Shown here: positions 1-9,259 of the stretch, in pieces | How the letters are laid out: each line of letters starts with the position of its first letter | Position numbering within the stretch: the stretch's first letter is position 1 | Virus record (IMG/VR): IMGVR_UViG_3300046513_000221 | Span: 62,001 to 126,000 of that record | DNA length: 64,000 nucleotides | Reading direction: 5' to 3' (one strand) | Notes under the pieces: model-generated | Databases searched by the model: none | The model's input: the letters and a program-made list of their open reading frames with translations, nothing else | What the model was told of the DNA's origin: nothing | Position numbers and translations under genes: made by a program

Positions 1-1705
1 GCTGCTTATCGTAGTCGGATGCGTAAACGGTCGCCTTGATGGTCGAGCAAGCACGGTTGCTCACCCACTTCTTCAGGTAACTGTTCAGGTTGTAGGACAT
101 CGCCTCGTGGGTGATGTCATCGTTGAACTCGTCGCGGTATTCGTCGACGAGTTGCTCGACGTCACGCTTGATACGGAACAGCGCACGAACGTTGTTCAGG
201 TTCGACAGGGCCGAGTTGACGGTCTGCGAGGTCAGCTGGGTACCGAGATTGACGCGTTTAGGGTCTTTCTCGATGTAGTTGATCTGCTTCTTGTACAGGG
301 TCTCTTTCCATGCCTCGTTCGGGAAGAAGTTGATGGCTTCGTAGCCCGAGATCACGCCGCGACGTGGACCTGCGAAGGACCAGTGTACGCCGAACTTGTC
401 GTCGTGCGGGGCGATCTTCTTCGCGAGGAAGTAAGGCGTGGTGACCTTGACGTTCTGGCCGGTGTACTCGTCGTAGACCACGAAGTCCTGTGCGAAGATC
501 GCGGTGGCGAACGAGGACATACCGATCGAGTTGGTGCGGAAGTCCACGGTCTGCTGCTCATTGGCTTGGAAGCCGCAGTCCAGCAGTGCCACGCAGTCGC
601 CACGGATGTCCGTAGCCATCTGCGACATGGCGTTCTTCACGGCGGCGCTGTTGTTGCCGTCCAGCATCAGGTCGAACAGGTATTGCTTCTTGTCGGTCGC
701 GTTGGAGTCCAGCTGGCCGGTGTAGGCTTTGATCAGCAGGGAGTCTTCCGAGTTGCCACCGGTCCAGGTACCTTCCGAGCCGCCCGAGATGTGATTCACG
801 GTCTTCAGGTCAGCGGCGGTGTCGTCGGTGACTTGGTTATCGGCCAGACCAGCGGTCAGCGGAGTCGCGAACTTGACAGCTTGGTGGATACCTTGTGCGA
901 CGGACACGCCGTTACGCTCGGCACCGAAGAAGATGTCCAGATGCAGCGGGTTCACAGTATCCGTAGGATTGATGAACTCGCGGATGGTATCGATCAGATC
1001 CTTGCGGTCGAGGACGCGGAAGGTAGTCGAGTACTTGTTGACCACGTTGGCCCAGTACATGGATTCGCGGTTGCGGTCCTTGGCGGTAGGCTCGAACGAA
1101 ACGGTGTATGGACCATCGATGATGGTGTCCACGCCGACCGTGTTCTTCGCGGCGATCTCGAAGGTGTACGTACGGAAGTCGTAGGTACCGTCCAGCGAGT
1201 CCAGCAGCGAGATGCGGAAGCCCAGATCTTCGTAGGCTTTGCCGCGACCGACAGGCATCAGGACGCCCAGCGGGTAGGACACGAAGGTGGCATCGGTCAC
1301 CGGGTCAGCGCCCAGCAGGGTCTGCATCGCGGCGACGGAGGTCGCGCCCGGTACAGTCGTCAGCGTTGGCTTGACGATGTTGGTCAGGCCATCCTGACCG
1401 CAAGCGACGCTCAGCATCGCGTTGGCGTACAGGCCGTCTTCCGGCAGAATGCGGATGAAGTAGGCTTCGCCGCCAGCTTTCAGATGCTCGAACACGTTGT
1501 AGAGCGTCTGGCCGGTTTCCGACATATCGGGTTCACCGAAGTAGAACTTCGCCTCGCCGACGGAGGTCAGGCGCACCAGTTTGTTGTCTGGGCCTTTGGT
1601 TGCTTTACCGCATGCAAACAGGACGGTCGAGCCCTCAGCCGTCTGGAAGACGAAGGAGTTGTCGATGATCCTGGAATGCACTGAAGGGTGGAGATATTCA
1701 GGCAT
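1..1705 (-). CDS. Contractile tail sheath protein (runs off the left edge)
   Basis: Not in the ORF track because it is open-ended. Manual translation from ATG 1705 gives MPEYLHPSVHSRIIDNS..GKATKGPDNKLV..FYFGEPD..YFIRILPED..WSFAGPRRGVI..LYKKQINYI..SALSNLNNVRALFRIKR, typical sheath N- and C-terminal motifs. Late promoter motif upstream. Confidence 0.9.
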   Translation of the reverse strand, partial: MPEYLHPSVHSRIIDNSFVFQTAEGSTVLFACGKATKGPDNKLVRLTSVGEAKFYFGEPDMSETGQTLYNVFEHLKAGGEAYFIRILPEDGLYANAMLSVACGQDGLTNIVKPTLTTVPGATSVAAMQTLLGADPVTDATFVSYPLGVLMPVGRGKAYEDLGFRISLLDSLDGTYDFRTYTFEIAAKNTVGVDTIIDGPYTVSFEPTAKDRNRESMYWANVVNKYSTTFRVLDRKDLIDTIREFINPTDTVNPLHLDIFFGAERNGVSVAQGIHQAVKFATPLTAGLADNQVTDDTAADLKTVNHISGGSEGTWTGGNSEDSLLIKAYTGQLDSNATDKKQYLFDLMLDGNNSAAVKNAMSQMATDIRGDCVALLDCGFQANEQQTVDFRTNSIGMSSFATAIFAQDFVVYDEYTGQNVKVTTPYFLAKKIAPHDDKFGVHWSFAGPRRGVISGYEAINFFPNEAWKETLYKKQINYIEKDPKRVNLGTQLTSQTVNSALSNLNNVRALFRIKRDVEQLVDEYRDEFNDDITHEAMSYNLNSYLKKWVSNRACSTIKATVYASDYDKQ

Positions 1706-1776
1706 GTTTCTTTCCTTAGAGAAAGTGGTTATTGACTTCCAAAAGTCGGTGTTACGATAAACTTTGGAATGCGATC

Positions 1777-1788
1777 TAATCTACTGTT
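1777..1788 (-). promoter_or_regulatory. Late-type promoter AACA-N6-TA (AACAGTAGATTA)
   Basis: Matches the AR9 nvRNAP late consensus; lies ~70 nt upstream of the sheath gene. Confidence 0.75.
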
Positions 1789-1879
1789 TGGCAGTAAGAC
1801 GTACTATTCGATTGCTTTTCAGACCCGCCGCGACAGCGAAGGCTCTGGTTCAAATACGCAATCGGGAATCCCCCGTAGA

Positions 1880-2212
1880 TCACGCGAATTTCGGATGATT
1901 CCTCAAGAACTCCTCCTGATGACGCAGTTTCGCCTCATTCTGCTGAATGGTGTGCTCGTAGCTCTTCCGAAGAGCGTATTGAGTCATAAGCAGTGAATCG
2001 ACGCCACTGATCTTGGACCGGATGGAGTCCTGCTGATGAGCATCCGATGCACGGTGGAGTTCCGTCTGTAACTGTTGCTTTTGCTGATTGAGTTCTCTGA
2101 TGTGCTGGACCACATGGTCCATGCCCTGACGAGTCTTATCCAGCGTCTGCCGCATATCCTCCGGGGAGAATTCGTTGAGCAGACATTCCATGAAAAACTG
2201 TACTGAAGTCAT
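1880..2212 (-). CDS. Hypothetical coiled-coil protein, probably virion/head
   Basis: 110-aa ORF, Q/L heptads, late motif upstream. Confidence 0.65.
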   Translation of the reverse strand: MTSVQFFMECLLNEFSPEDMRQTLDKTRQGMDHVVQHIRELNQQKQQLQTELHRASDAHQQDSIRSKISGVDSLLMTQYALRKSYEHTIQQNEAKLRHQEEFLRNHPKFA

Positions 2213-2237
2213 GGCGGTTTCCCAAGTAGTTTGGTTC

Positions 2238-2249
2238 TAAGAAGTTGTT
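2238..2249 (-). promoter_or_regulatory. Late-type promoter AACAACTTCTTA
   Basis: AACA-N6-TA, 26 nt upstream of ATG 2212. Confidence 0.7.
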
Positions 2250-2259
2250 ACTGAAAGGA

Positions 2260-2290
2260 TTGGACTTACCCCGATGAAGGGTAAGTCCAA
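2260..2290. terminator. Hairpin terminator
   Basis: TTGGACTTACCC..GGGTAAGTCCAA, 12-bp stem just after the stop at 2295. Confidence 0.7.
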
Positions 2291-2294
2291 TTTC

Positions 2295-2993
2295 CTAGTA
2301 GCGCAGGATCTGCTCGACTGGCGAGAGGATCTGGTTCTTCTTACCCCGCGTCATTGTAACCGATGCTTGCAGGGATTTGTTCATATCCTCGAAGGCCACG
2401 GCGTTGAACACCGAGGTCACGCGGGACACGTTCTTGATGCTCACCAGAGAGAAATCCTCCGGCTTCACGCTCGGATCCACCAGTGCCATGCGGAGTGGTA
2501 GGGTCTCGTCCTTGTCCCAGCGCACCAGCTCTGCAGTCAGTGCTTCCAGCACGGCTGGCTGAGAGGCGATCCGAGTGTCATTCATGGCAGCGTTCTGTTG
2601 GAAGAGCTTGATCAGGTCTTCCGGGTTGCTGACGTTGATCTTCGATGCCAGCAGGTAGTTCAGGAACTTGTTGACGGTATCAACGCGCTTGAAGTACTGC
2701 GTGTTCTCGATGATGATGTCTCCGGCCTCAAACTCGATGTAGTGGTTCTTCGAGTCGGTGTCGATGTTGAAGGCTGAGATCTTCACGATGATTGGCAGGT
2801 TGACTTGGATGTCCTTGTAGCCACCGTCCTTGCCAGCAGGAACGCGGAAGATGAAGAAGCCAAGCATATGGATATCGGTATCGATAACCTCTGCCAGATT
2901 GTTGGTGAACATGTCCTTCGAGATCACCACCTGCAGGTTCTGCTTGGCAATGACTTGGTTGTTCTTTTGTTCGATGAATGGGAAGGAAGGCAT
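2295..2993 (-). CDS. RNA polymerase beta' extreme C-terminal fragment (probable small virion-RNAP subunit)
   Basis: SIKNVSRVTSVFNAVAFEDMNKSLQASV resembles beta' [25 protein letters not shown]. Start moved from 3062 to ATG 2993 because a late promoter (3017-3028) and a hairpin (3038-3069) lie in the longer 5' extension. Confidence 0.65.
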   Translation of the reverse strand: MPSFPFIEQKNNQVIAKQNLQVVISKDMFTNNLAEVIDTDIHMLGFFIFRVPAGKDGGYKDIQVNLPIIVKISAFNIDTDSKNHYIEFEAGDIIIENTQYFKRVDTVNKFLNYLLASKINVSNPEDLIKLFQQNAAMNDTRIASQPAVLEALTAELVRWDKDETLPLRMALVDPSVKPEDFSLVSIKNVSRVTSVFNAVAFEDMNKSLQASVTMTRGKKNQILSPVEQILRY

Positions 2994-3016
2994 ATCACTT
3001 CTCGGTTGGTATCTAA

Positions 3017-3028
3017 TATTATGCTGTT
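3017..3028 (-). promoter_or_regulatory. Late-type promoter AACAGCATAATA
   Basis: AACA-N6-TA, 24 nt upstream of ATG 2993. Confidence 0.65.
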
Positions 3029-3073
3029 TCAATGAAATACCCCTATGACCTTTTCGGGCCATAGGGGTAGTGA

Positions 3074-3913
3074 TTACTTCTTGGAGGTGAGTTTGATCTC
3101 TGGCATGTACTCGTCACGCAGCTTGTCGGCCAGTACAGGTACATGGTTCAGGCGAACCGCGTACTTCATGACCATGAACTGCAGACGGATGTACATCTCG
3201 CGTTCGCCAGCCGACTTGGGGTTGCGGATGATGAACTGCATGACGGCGTTGAACATCAGCAGCATGGTGCGGCGGAAGTCAGCGTTCTCGATCTTCTTGA
3301 TCATGGACAGCGTGTCCTTGTACTTCAGGCACGGGATGCGGTTCACGCGCACCAAGCTACCGAACTTCTGCATCAGTTGGCGCGAGGTCGCGACGCTGGC
3401 GAAGTTAGGAGGCATGCAGGTGCCGACCTGACGCATGATCTCGGCGTTGTCTTCCAACAGGTCGAGGCTCATGATGTTGGCCGCAGCCTTCTTGCGCTGG
3501 GCATCGGTGATGCTTTGGTTGAACAGGTTCTGCGTGTTGGTCGAGCGCAGATCCTTGACGAACTTTTCGAGGAAGTTCACGAAGTCCTGACGCGACTTGA
3601 TGTACATGTCGTGCAGTTCTTCCTTGCCTTCAGCATCGATGATGTTGTCGAGGCTCAGGTCCAGACGGATCGGGGTGTCACCCGAAGGCGCGGGTACCGT
3701 GCCGTTCAGCATGTCAGCGGTCAGGGTGACCGCACGGGACGACTCTTCTTCGGTAACGATCTTGGCGACCTGATCGTCGGTCAGGGCCATGGTCTTACCC
3801 ACATTGCGAGGGACGGCGATCTTACCATCATCGCCAGCCTTGAAGAAAGGCAGCTCATCGATGATCTGGATCGAAGGGTTCTCGCCACGGGCCGGGGTGG
3901 AGGTGGTTTGCAT
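3074..3913 (-). CDS. Hypothetical protein (terminase operon)
   Basis: 279-aa ORF, phage codon bias, AAGGAAA RBS. Confidence 0.75.
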   Translation of the reverse strand: MQTTSTPARGENPSIQIIDELPFFKAGDDGKIAVPRNVGKTMALTDDQVAKIVTEEESSRAVTLTADMLNGTVPAPSGDTPIRLDLSLDNIIDAEGKEELHDMYIKSRQDFVNFLEKFVKDLRSTNTQNLFNQSITDAQRKKAAANIMSLDLLEDNAEIMRQVGTCMPPNFASVATSRQLMQKFGSLVRVNRIPCLKYKDTLSMIKKIENADFRRTMLLMFNAVMQFIIRNPKSAGEREMYIRLQFMVMKYAVRLNHVPVLADKLRDEYMPEIKLTSKK

Positions 3914-3936
3914 GTTGGGTTTCCTTTTCTTTTGGG

Positions 3937-4689
3937 TTAAGCCATGTCCTTCATCTGCTCCACGAGTTCATCGCGGAAGCTAATGAGGAAATGGTTGTAG
4001 CTGGAGTGCTCGGGGAAGTTATCCACGAACTTGGTGAACAGGGCGACGTCATCGGAATCCTTGAAGATTTCCTGGAAGGCCATCGTCTGGTCGAACGTGA
4101 GCGGGTTGCTCATCAGGACGCTCTGGAAGCTGCCGACGTTGGACGTCAGTGCCTCGTTGGCGATCTCCTGATAGCTCATGATCAGGTAGATGTAGTTAGG
4201 GTTCTTGAACGTCAGCTCATTCTTGATGCGAGCGTAGATCAGATCCTTCTTGCTGTCCTTGCGGAACCGCTCGACCAAGGTCTTACGGTTGTTGATCGTC
4301 TCGGACACCAAAAACTCCATCAGACTATTCAACTTGTTGAGGTAGAAGAAGCGGTAGATGAGGCGCAGAATGCTGGAACGCATTGCACCTTCCAGCGCGT
4401 CCGGATCCGCGTAACCCTCGTAATCACGCAGGAACGCTTTCGCCACCTCGTTCTCGGCGTCCAGACGGGCCTGATCCATGCGCGGCTTGTCCTCGTCCGG
4501 CACCATGCTGATGGCGAAGTTGACCTTGTCGTTCACAGCTTGCAGGTAGTCGGTGGTACGAGAGTCATAGATCTCGTCCGGGTTGTTAAGGGACTCCACC
4601 AGTCCCTCGTACAGCAGGTGGTAGGTCTCCTCGGTGGATGGGTCCGTCTCAACGACGGACATCAGGGAGTCTTGGTTTTCGATAGCCAT
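3937..4689 (-). CDS. Hypothetical protein (terminase operon)
   Basis: 250-aa ORF starting 4 nt after the terminase stop. Confidence 0.75.
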   Translation of the reverse strand: MAIENQDSLMSVVETDPSTEETYHLLYEGLVESLNNPDEIYDSRTTDYLQAVNDKVNFAISMVPDEDKPRMDQARLDAENEVAKAFLRDYEGYADPDALEGAMRSSILRLIYRFFYLNKLNSLMEFLVSETINNRKTLVERFRKDSKKDLIYARIKNELTFKNPNYIYLIMSYQEIANEALTSNVGSFQSVLMSNPLTFDQTMAFQEIFKDSDDVALFTKFVDNFPEHSSYNHFLISFRDELVEQMKDMA

Positions 4690-4693
4690 GATA

Positions 4694-6757
4694 TCACTTC
4701 AAAAAGGACAGGGTTTGTCGGTTAATAGTCACCTCGCGGCGACCCTCTAATGCTGGGTTCTTGTGTTTCTGCTTTAGGTATTCCCTCACATTCATGCCAC
4801 TATCTTTGATCTGGATCAGCTCCTCAATGCTCAAAGCAGCGATCTCGGAGGAAACCTTTTCTACTTTGTTGAGCTCGTTGGCCATCAGTTGACGGCCCTG
4901 ACGGTTGATCGTGTTGAGCACAGCAGCGTTGTCGCTGATGCGGCTCATGAGCTGCATGAAGATGTGGATGGTGTTGGAGTACGCTACAGCATACCGGACG
5001 AAGAGGTACGAGAACAGGGAGTCATCGTGACAGCCGCGCTCGTGTTCCACCTTACCGTTCCGGTCATAGACCAGCGTTTTCACGTCCTCGTAGATCTCCG
5101 GAATAGCCAGAAGCTCAGGCTCGTCGTTCACGAAGCCGACCAAGAGGTCGATCATCGCGTCGCGGCTCTGGGACGTGGTGTTGATGCCGTATACGATGTT
5201 TTCCTTATCGGATACCTTGCCCTTCTCCTTGTCCTTGTCGGCGAGAGGGATGTCGTAGAAGATGTTGTCTGGGATAACCCGGACCAGATTGTCGATCAGG
5301 CTCTTACCGTAGCTGTTGCGCTCGATGATGAGGATCGAGTTCGGCAGGATGTCCTCGATGAGGTTCTGCAGCAGATCGGTGTAGTACGAGATGTTGATCT
5401 TCGGGTTCTTGAAGGTCGCGCAGATACCCATGTCGTTCGGATCGACGATGGTGAAGGCCGAGTTGTCTCGTCCGGTACCACCCGCCGTATCGACGCCGAT
5501 GAAGTAGCGTTTCTCCAGATCCAGCTCTCGGTAGATCTTGAGTGCGTACTTCTCGTGGATCTTGCCTTCCGGATCGTTCGCACGTTTCTCCTTGCGCTCG
5601 ACTTCGAGGAAGAAGGTCTCCAGAGGCTCATCCGGGAGCAGTGCTGAGATGGCATCCAGCAGTTCTTCCTTGAAGACCGAGTTGTCGGTCGCCTTGGTCC
5701 AGACCATATCCAGCTCGCGCTTGATCTTGAGGGTGTCGTTCGCCAGAACGCGGCACTCCTTGTTGTACCATTGCTGGGACAGACCGAGCTGCTGCCAAGT
5801 GAACTTGATGAAGAGGAAGTCGTTATCCGAGTTCGTCTCGATGTACGCTTCGATCTCTTCCTTCGACCAATCGTAAAGCTCCTCGGTGAACTCTGCGGAA
5901 CCAGTCATCATGCCATGGCAGAAGGTTCCCTCCGGCACGTCGATGTTGTTCGGCGTAGTGGTGATGATCTTCGAGTAAGGCTTACCGTTGGCCTTAGCCA
6001 CCTCCGCGATCTTGGATTGTGCCGGACCTGCGGACTTGTAGATGGTGTCATTGAACTTCAGGAACGCGAACTCGTCGTACCACAGGATGGGAACCGACTG
6101 GCCGCGACCCTGCTTGTCGGCGAGGTCTTCGTTGATCGGTTGACCGGAGCAGGTGATGCGGTTGTTGCGCTTGACGCCAACCACGGACTCGACGTTGTTG
6201 GTGTCCTTGGCGTGGTTGATCGCATCCTTGATGTACTGCGGTAGGAGATCCTTGATGTCCTTGAAGCGCTTCAGGTTGTTGTTGGCATCGGCCACCGTCT
6301 TGTTGCTGAAGATGAACGAGCTGTTGTCGGTACCGAAGCTGTAGATCCACGTCAACAGGGCCGCAACACCGATGGTCTTACCGCGCTGACGAGGCAGCAT
6401 CAGGAAGATGTTGAGGTTGTTCAAAATGGCCCAAAGTGTGGCAAGAGTGCCGCGATTCAGTTCAAACTTGAGCGATGCACCCGGAGCCGGGATCCTCACG
6501 ACTTCCCGTAGGTAGTAGAACGGATTCTTGACGATCTCCACCAGAACCTTGGCCTGAATCTCCTTCGACAGCTTCTTGTCGTGCGGGTCAACGTTCATCA
6601 GATCCTTGTCGTACAATCGGAGGAAGAACTTGTTGTTCTCTACCCCGAGGGTCTTGAGCGTACGGTACATCTTGATGAACGATATGTTTTTGGAGGCGGT
6701 ATGGATGACGTAGTCGTCATAGTCCACCTCGCCGAAGTTGGGGTCAATCCTCGACAT
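4694..6757 (-). CDS. terL: Terminase large subunit (phiKZ/AR9-like)
   Basis: Walker A LPRQRGKT, Walker B WYDEFAF, coupling motif ITTTP, nuclease GVDTAGG..DNS..HDD; N-terminal NNKFFLRLYD..NPFYYLREVVRIP as in phiKZ-like TerL. ATG 6757 follows an AGAGGAAG RBS. Confidence 0.93.
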   Translation of the reverse strand: MSRIDPNFGEVDYDDYVIHTASKNISFIKMYRTLKTLGVENNKFFLRLYDKDLMNVDPHDKKLSKEIQAKVLVEIVKNPFYYLREVVRIPAPGASLKFELNRGTLATLWAILNNLNIFLMLPRQRGKTIGVAALLTWIYSFGTDNSSFIFSNKTVADANNNLKRFKDIKDLLPQYIKDAINHAKDTNNVESVVGVKRNNRITCSGQPINEDLADKQGRGQSVPILWYDEFAFLKFNDTIYKSAGPAQSKIAEVAKANGKPYSKIITTTPNNIDVPEGTFCHGMMTGSAEFTEELYDWSKEEIEAYIETNSDNDFLFIKFTWQQLGLSQQWYNKECRVLANDTLKIKRELDMVWTKATDNSVFKEELLDAISALLPDEPLETFFLEVERKEKRANDPEGKIHEKYALKIYRELDLEKRYFIGVDTAGGTGRDNSAFTIVDPNDMGICATFKNPKINISYYTDLLQNLIEDILPNSILIIERNSYGKSLIDNLVRVIPDNIFYDIPLADKDKEKGKVSDKENIVYGINTTSQSRDAMIDLLVGFVNDEPELLAIPEIYEDVKTLVYDRNGKVEHERGCHDDSLFSYLFVRYAVAYSNTIHIFMQLMSRISDNAAVLNTINRQGRQLMANELNKVEKVSSEIAALSIEELIQIKDSGMNVREYLKQKHKNPALEGRREVTINRQTLSFLK

Positions 6758-6869
6758 CTTGCTTCCTCTCACGATCCTCGGCGCTCTCTTCGGCCTTTTG
6801 GATCATACGAAAAGCAACGATGGAGCCCAGATCTTCTTTCTCTTTTTCAATCTTTTCGAGAGTGCTCAT
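6744..6869 (-). CDS. Small charged 41-aa ORF overlapping the terL start
   Basis: MSTLEKIEKEKEDLGSIVAFRMIQKAEESAEDRERKQDVED*, AAGGT RBS; too short for the ORF track. Confidence 0.45.
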   Translation of the reverse strand: MSTLEKIEKEKEDLGSIVAFRMIQKAEESAEDRERKQDVED

Positions 6870-6924
6870 TTCGTTACCTTACAAAAAAAAAAAAGAACCG
6901 GATGCCCGAAGGCACCCGATCCAA

Positions 6925-7923
6925 TTAGGCCGCTACTGCGACCGGGGCTGGTTTGGAGTTGCTGGACAGCCAGCCGAAGATGCCACGGAAGACGTCGTCA
7001 ATGCCTTCAGCGAGCGTATCGCCAACGGCGCAGCCGATCTCTTCAACGGCAGTGCAAGCGCCGCCGATGATGCCTTCGGCCACGTTGACGGTACCGCCAA
7101 CGACGTTCTCGGTCAGCGTGAAGCCGCCCATGATGATCGAGTCAACACCCTTCGCCAGCATGACGATGCCGCCACCAATGACGCGCAGGACACCACCGGA
7201 GACTTCACCGATGATCTTCACGCCTTGCAGGATCAGGTTGCCGGTCTTCTTCAGGACGGTCATGGTCAGTTCGCCAGCAAAGACAGCGCCGCGATAGACC
7301 AGATCGCCGACCTTGACGGCTGCGTCGCTGACCAGTTCGTACATGGTACCGAAGGTGCGTTCCAGCAGACCCTGCTGCTCGGCGTCCGGCTTGCCCTTCA
7401 GGACGACCGAGACGCGCTTGGTCTTGTCGTCCACGATCACGTAGGTCTTGTCGGCCTTGAGGTCGGTGGTCACTTCGACGGCTTCGATCTTGGAGCCGGT
7501 TGCGGTTTCGAGAACGACCGATTCAGGCAGTGGGGTTGCGGATGCTTCGCTCATGGTGACGGTTTCCTTCGTGTTGGTTTCGATCGTGGTCTGGGTTTCA
7601 ATGGTAGCTTGTGCAGCTGCTACCGAAGCTTTGTTCTCCGCGACTGGTGCGTCGAAGAGAGCGCCCTGCGCCGTGGCGGCACCGGTACCGACTTGCATGT
7701 CGGACGCGATGTCTTTCATCTGCTGCTCGTGCTGAGCGGTCTCCGCTTTCTTGGACTTGCGGTGAACGACAGGTTTGGTATCAGGAGCAGCCTTGACGGC
7801 GGCTTTTTTGGCCACCGGCTTGACTTTGAAAGCGGCCTTGGCAGCTGGGGTTGCTTTGGCTGAGGTGCCCTTCTTAGCGGCGGTTTTAGCGGTCGATGCT
7901 GCTGCGGTTTTCGAGGTAGTCAT
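6925..7923 (-). CDS. Protein with a K/A-rich histone-like N-terminus and a Gly-rich amphipathic C-terminus
   Basis: 332 aa, GGAG RBS, early motif upstream, hairpin plus T12 downstream. Confidence 0.8.
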   Translation of the reverse strand: MTTSKTAAASTAKTAAKKGTSAKATPAAKAAFKVKPVAKKAAVKAAPDTKPVVHRKSKKAETAQHEQQMKDIASDMQVGTGAATAQGALFDAPVAENKASVAAAQATIETQTTIETNTKETVTMSEASATPLPESVVLETATGSKIEAVEVTTDLKADKTYVIVDDKTKRVSVVLKGKPDAEQQGLLERTFGTMYELVSDAAVKVGDLVYRGAVFAGELTMTVLKKTGNLILQGVKIIGEVSGGVLRVIGGGIVMLAKGVDSIIMGGFTLTENVVGGTVNVAEGIIGGACTAVEEIGCAVGDTLAEGIDDVFRGIFGWLSSNSKPAPVAVAA

Positions 7924-7982
7924 AGTGTATTCTCCAGTATTTGATAAGTGAGGTTAATGAGCATGGTAGTACCTTCTCATGA

Positions 7983-7999
7983 TCACCAGAATCATATAT
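7983..7999 (-). promoter_or_regulatory. Early/middle-type promoter ATATATGAT-N5-TGA
   Basis: One of 10 copies of ATATATNAT-N5-YGR. Confidence 0.7.
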
Positions 8000-8141
8000 C
8001 CTTGATGGATGCTCAGATTCGGTATTTTGACTACCTCACTTATCCCCGGATCACACAAAAATTCGATCCACCTAAAAAAAAAACACGAGGTTTGGGAACC
8101 TTACGGCTCCGGTCTCGTGTTTCGGTTTCAGATAGATCTGC

Positions 8142-8327
8142 TTACATGCAGAATTCGATCTTGATGTAGTCAGCGATTTCCTTGATGGTCTCGCCTACGG
8201 CGAACATGAATTCGCGCACAACTTCATTGCATTTGGCAACGATCTTCAAGCATCCATTTACGGCCTCAGCCGATTCGATTTGTATGATGCCGATCTTGGT
8301 ACCAGCTGCGAAAGTGGTGTGTGCCAT
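8142..8327 (-). CDS. Small hypothetical protein
   Basis: 61 aa, own early motif (8381-8397), GGGAG RBS, terminator at ~8074-8122. Confidence 0.7.
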   Translation of the reverse strand: MAHTTFAAGTKIGIIQIESAEAVNGCLKIVAKCNEVVREFMFAVGETIKEIADYIKIEFCM

Positions 8328-8380
8328 GTTACCATTACTCCCAAAAGTTAAGATTGAAGGTGCTAAGACGATTCCCTACA

Positions 8381-8397
8381 CCATTCAAATCATATAT
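8381..8397 (-). promoter_or_regulatory. Early/middle-type promoter ATATATGAT-N5-TGG
   Basis: Motif copy. Confidence 0.65.
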
Positions 8398-8403
8398 GTT
8401 TGA

Positions 8404-9006
8404 TTATTCAGCAGGTACGGCTTCGATGCAACCGTAGTCCTCCACCAACAGCTGGACCAGCTCACGTGGGTTCACGTATTTGCCGTTGCCGTTCATGAAG
8501 ATACTGTCGGCATGCTCCAGAACCTTGCGTTCTTTGGCGATGAACTCGTCGTCGCGTCCACGAACAGCACGGTCCTCTTCGGACAGCTCTTCGTAGCGCA
8601 CGTCGAGGCCGATGACGATGACGTTGTAGTCGGCGTACAGGTTGCCGGGACCGCACTTGCTGCGCAGGTCTTCAATGCCTTCTTCAGCGAGGATGATCGT
8701 CGCGATCTTACCATCGGTAAAGTCTGGCAGGGATCCGTACATGTCCTTGAACAGCGAGTCCGGCTTGGTGCCGATCACGCCGATCAGGCGATCTTGCAGC
8801 AGCGGGAAGGTCTTGCGCTGCACGAAGATGTACGGGTTGCCGAAGGTCTCGCCGGGGCGCATGCTGCGCGTGGAGAACTGTTGCAACTTGTAGAACAGCT
8901 CGGGATAGTCCTTGACCAGATTCTGTTCGAGGGTACTCTTCCCGGAGCCAGACACGCCCACGAGGGCGAGGATGATCGGATTTACGATTTTGTATTGGGT
9001 CTTCAA
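8404..9006 (-). CDS. Guanylate-kinase-like nucleoside monophosphate kinase
   Basis: P-loop GVSGSGKST, STRSMRPGE..G..Y.FV and YG motifs of the Gmk family; TTG start with GGAG RBS. Confidence 0.8.
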   Translation of the reverse strand: MKTQYKIVNPIILALVGVSGSGKSTLEQNLVKDYPELFYKLQQFSTRSMRPGETFGNPYIFVQRKTFPLLQDRLIGVIGTKPDSLFKDMYGSLPDFTDGKIATIILAEEGIEDLRSKCGPGNLYADYNVIVIGLDVRYEELSEEDRAVRGRDDEFIAKERKVLEHADSIFMNGNGKYVNPRELVQLLVEDYGCIEAVPAE

Positions 9007-9259
9007 AGCAATTTCTCCGTGAAATATAGCCGGACCTTCTGTCCCCTATGTTTCAGTTAGTCCGGCCTTGATAGTACATCAGGTTTTCTGGATACCGTAC
9101 GTACACGGGAAGATCCACCCCGTTATACGATGGATCTTCATCGATGAAACGCACGACCCACAGCAATAACATATGAACGAATAGCGTTACGTATTTTCAC
9201 GGAATTGTCGTCAGCTATAATACAATTCTATAGTAGAGTTCAATTCCGAGGAAGCAATT

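Noticed and set aside
1805-1878. GGTTCAAAT as a tRNA T-arm
   Set aside because: No cloverleaf can be built around it; no tRNA was found by eye in this window.
2994-3062. Longer ORF-track starts (3062, also 6772, 20321, 53926+, 50140, 63474)
   Set aside because: The extensions cross promoter or terminator elements or lack an RBS; downstream starts fit better.
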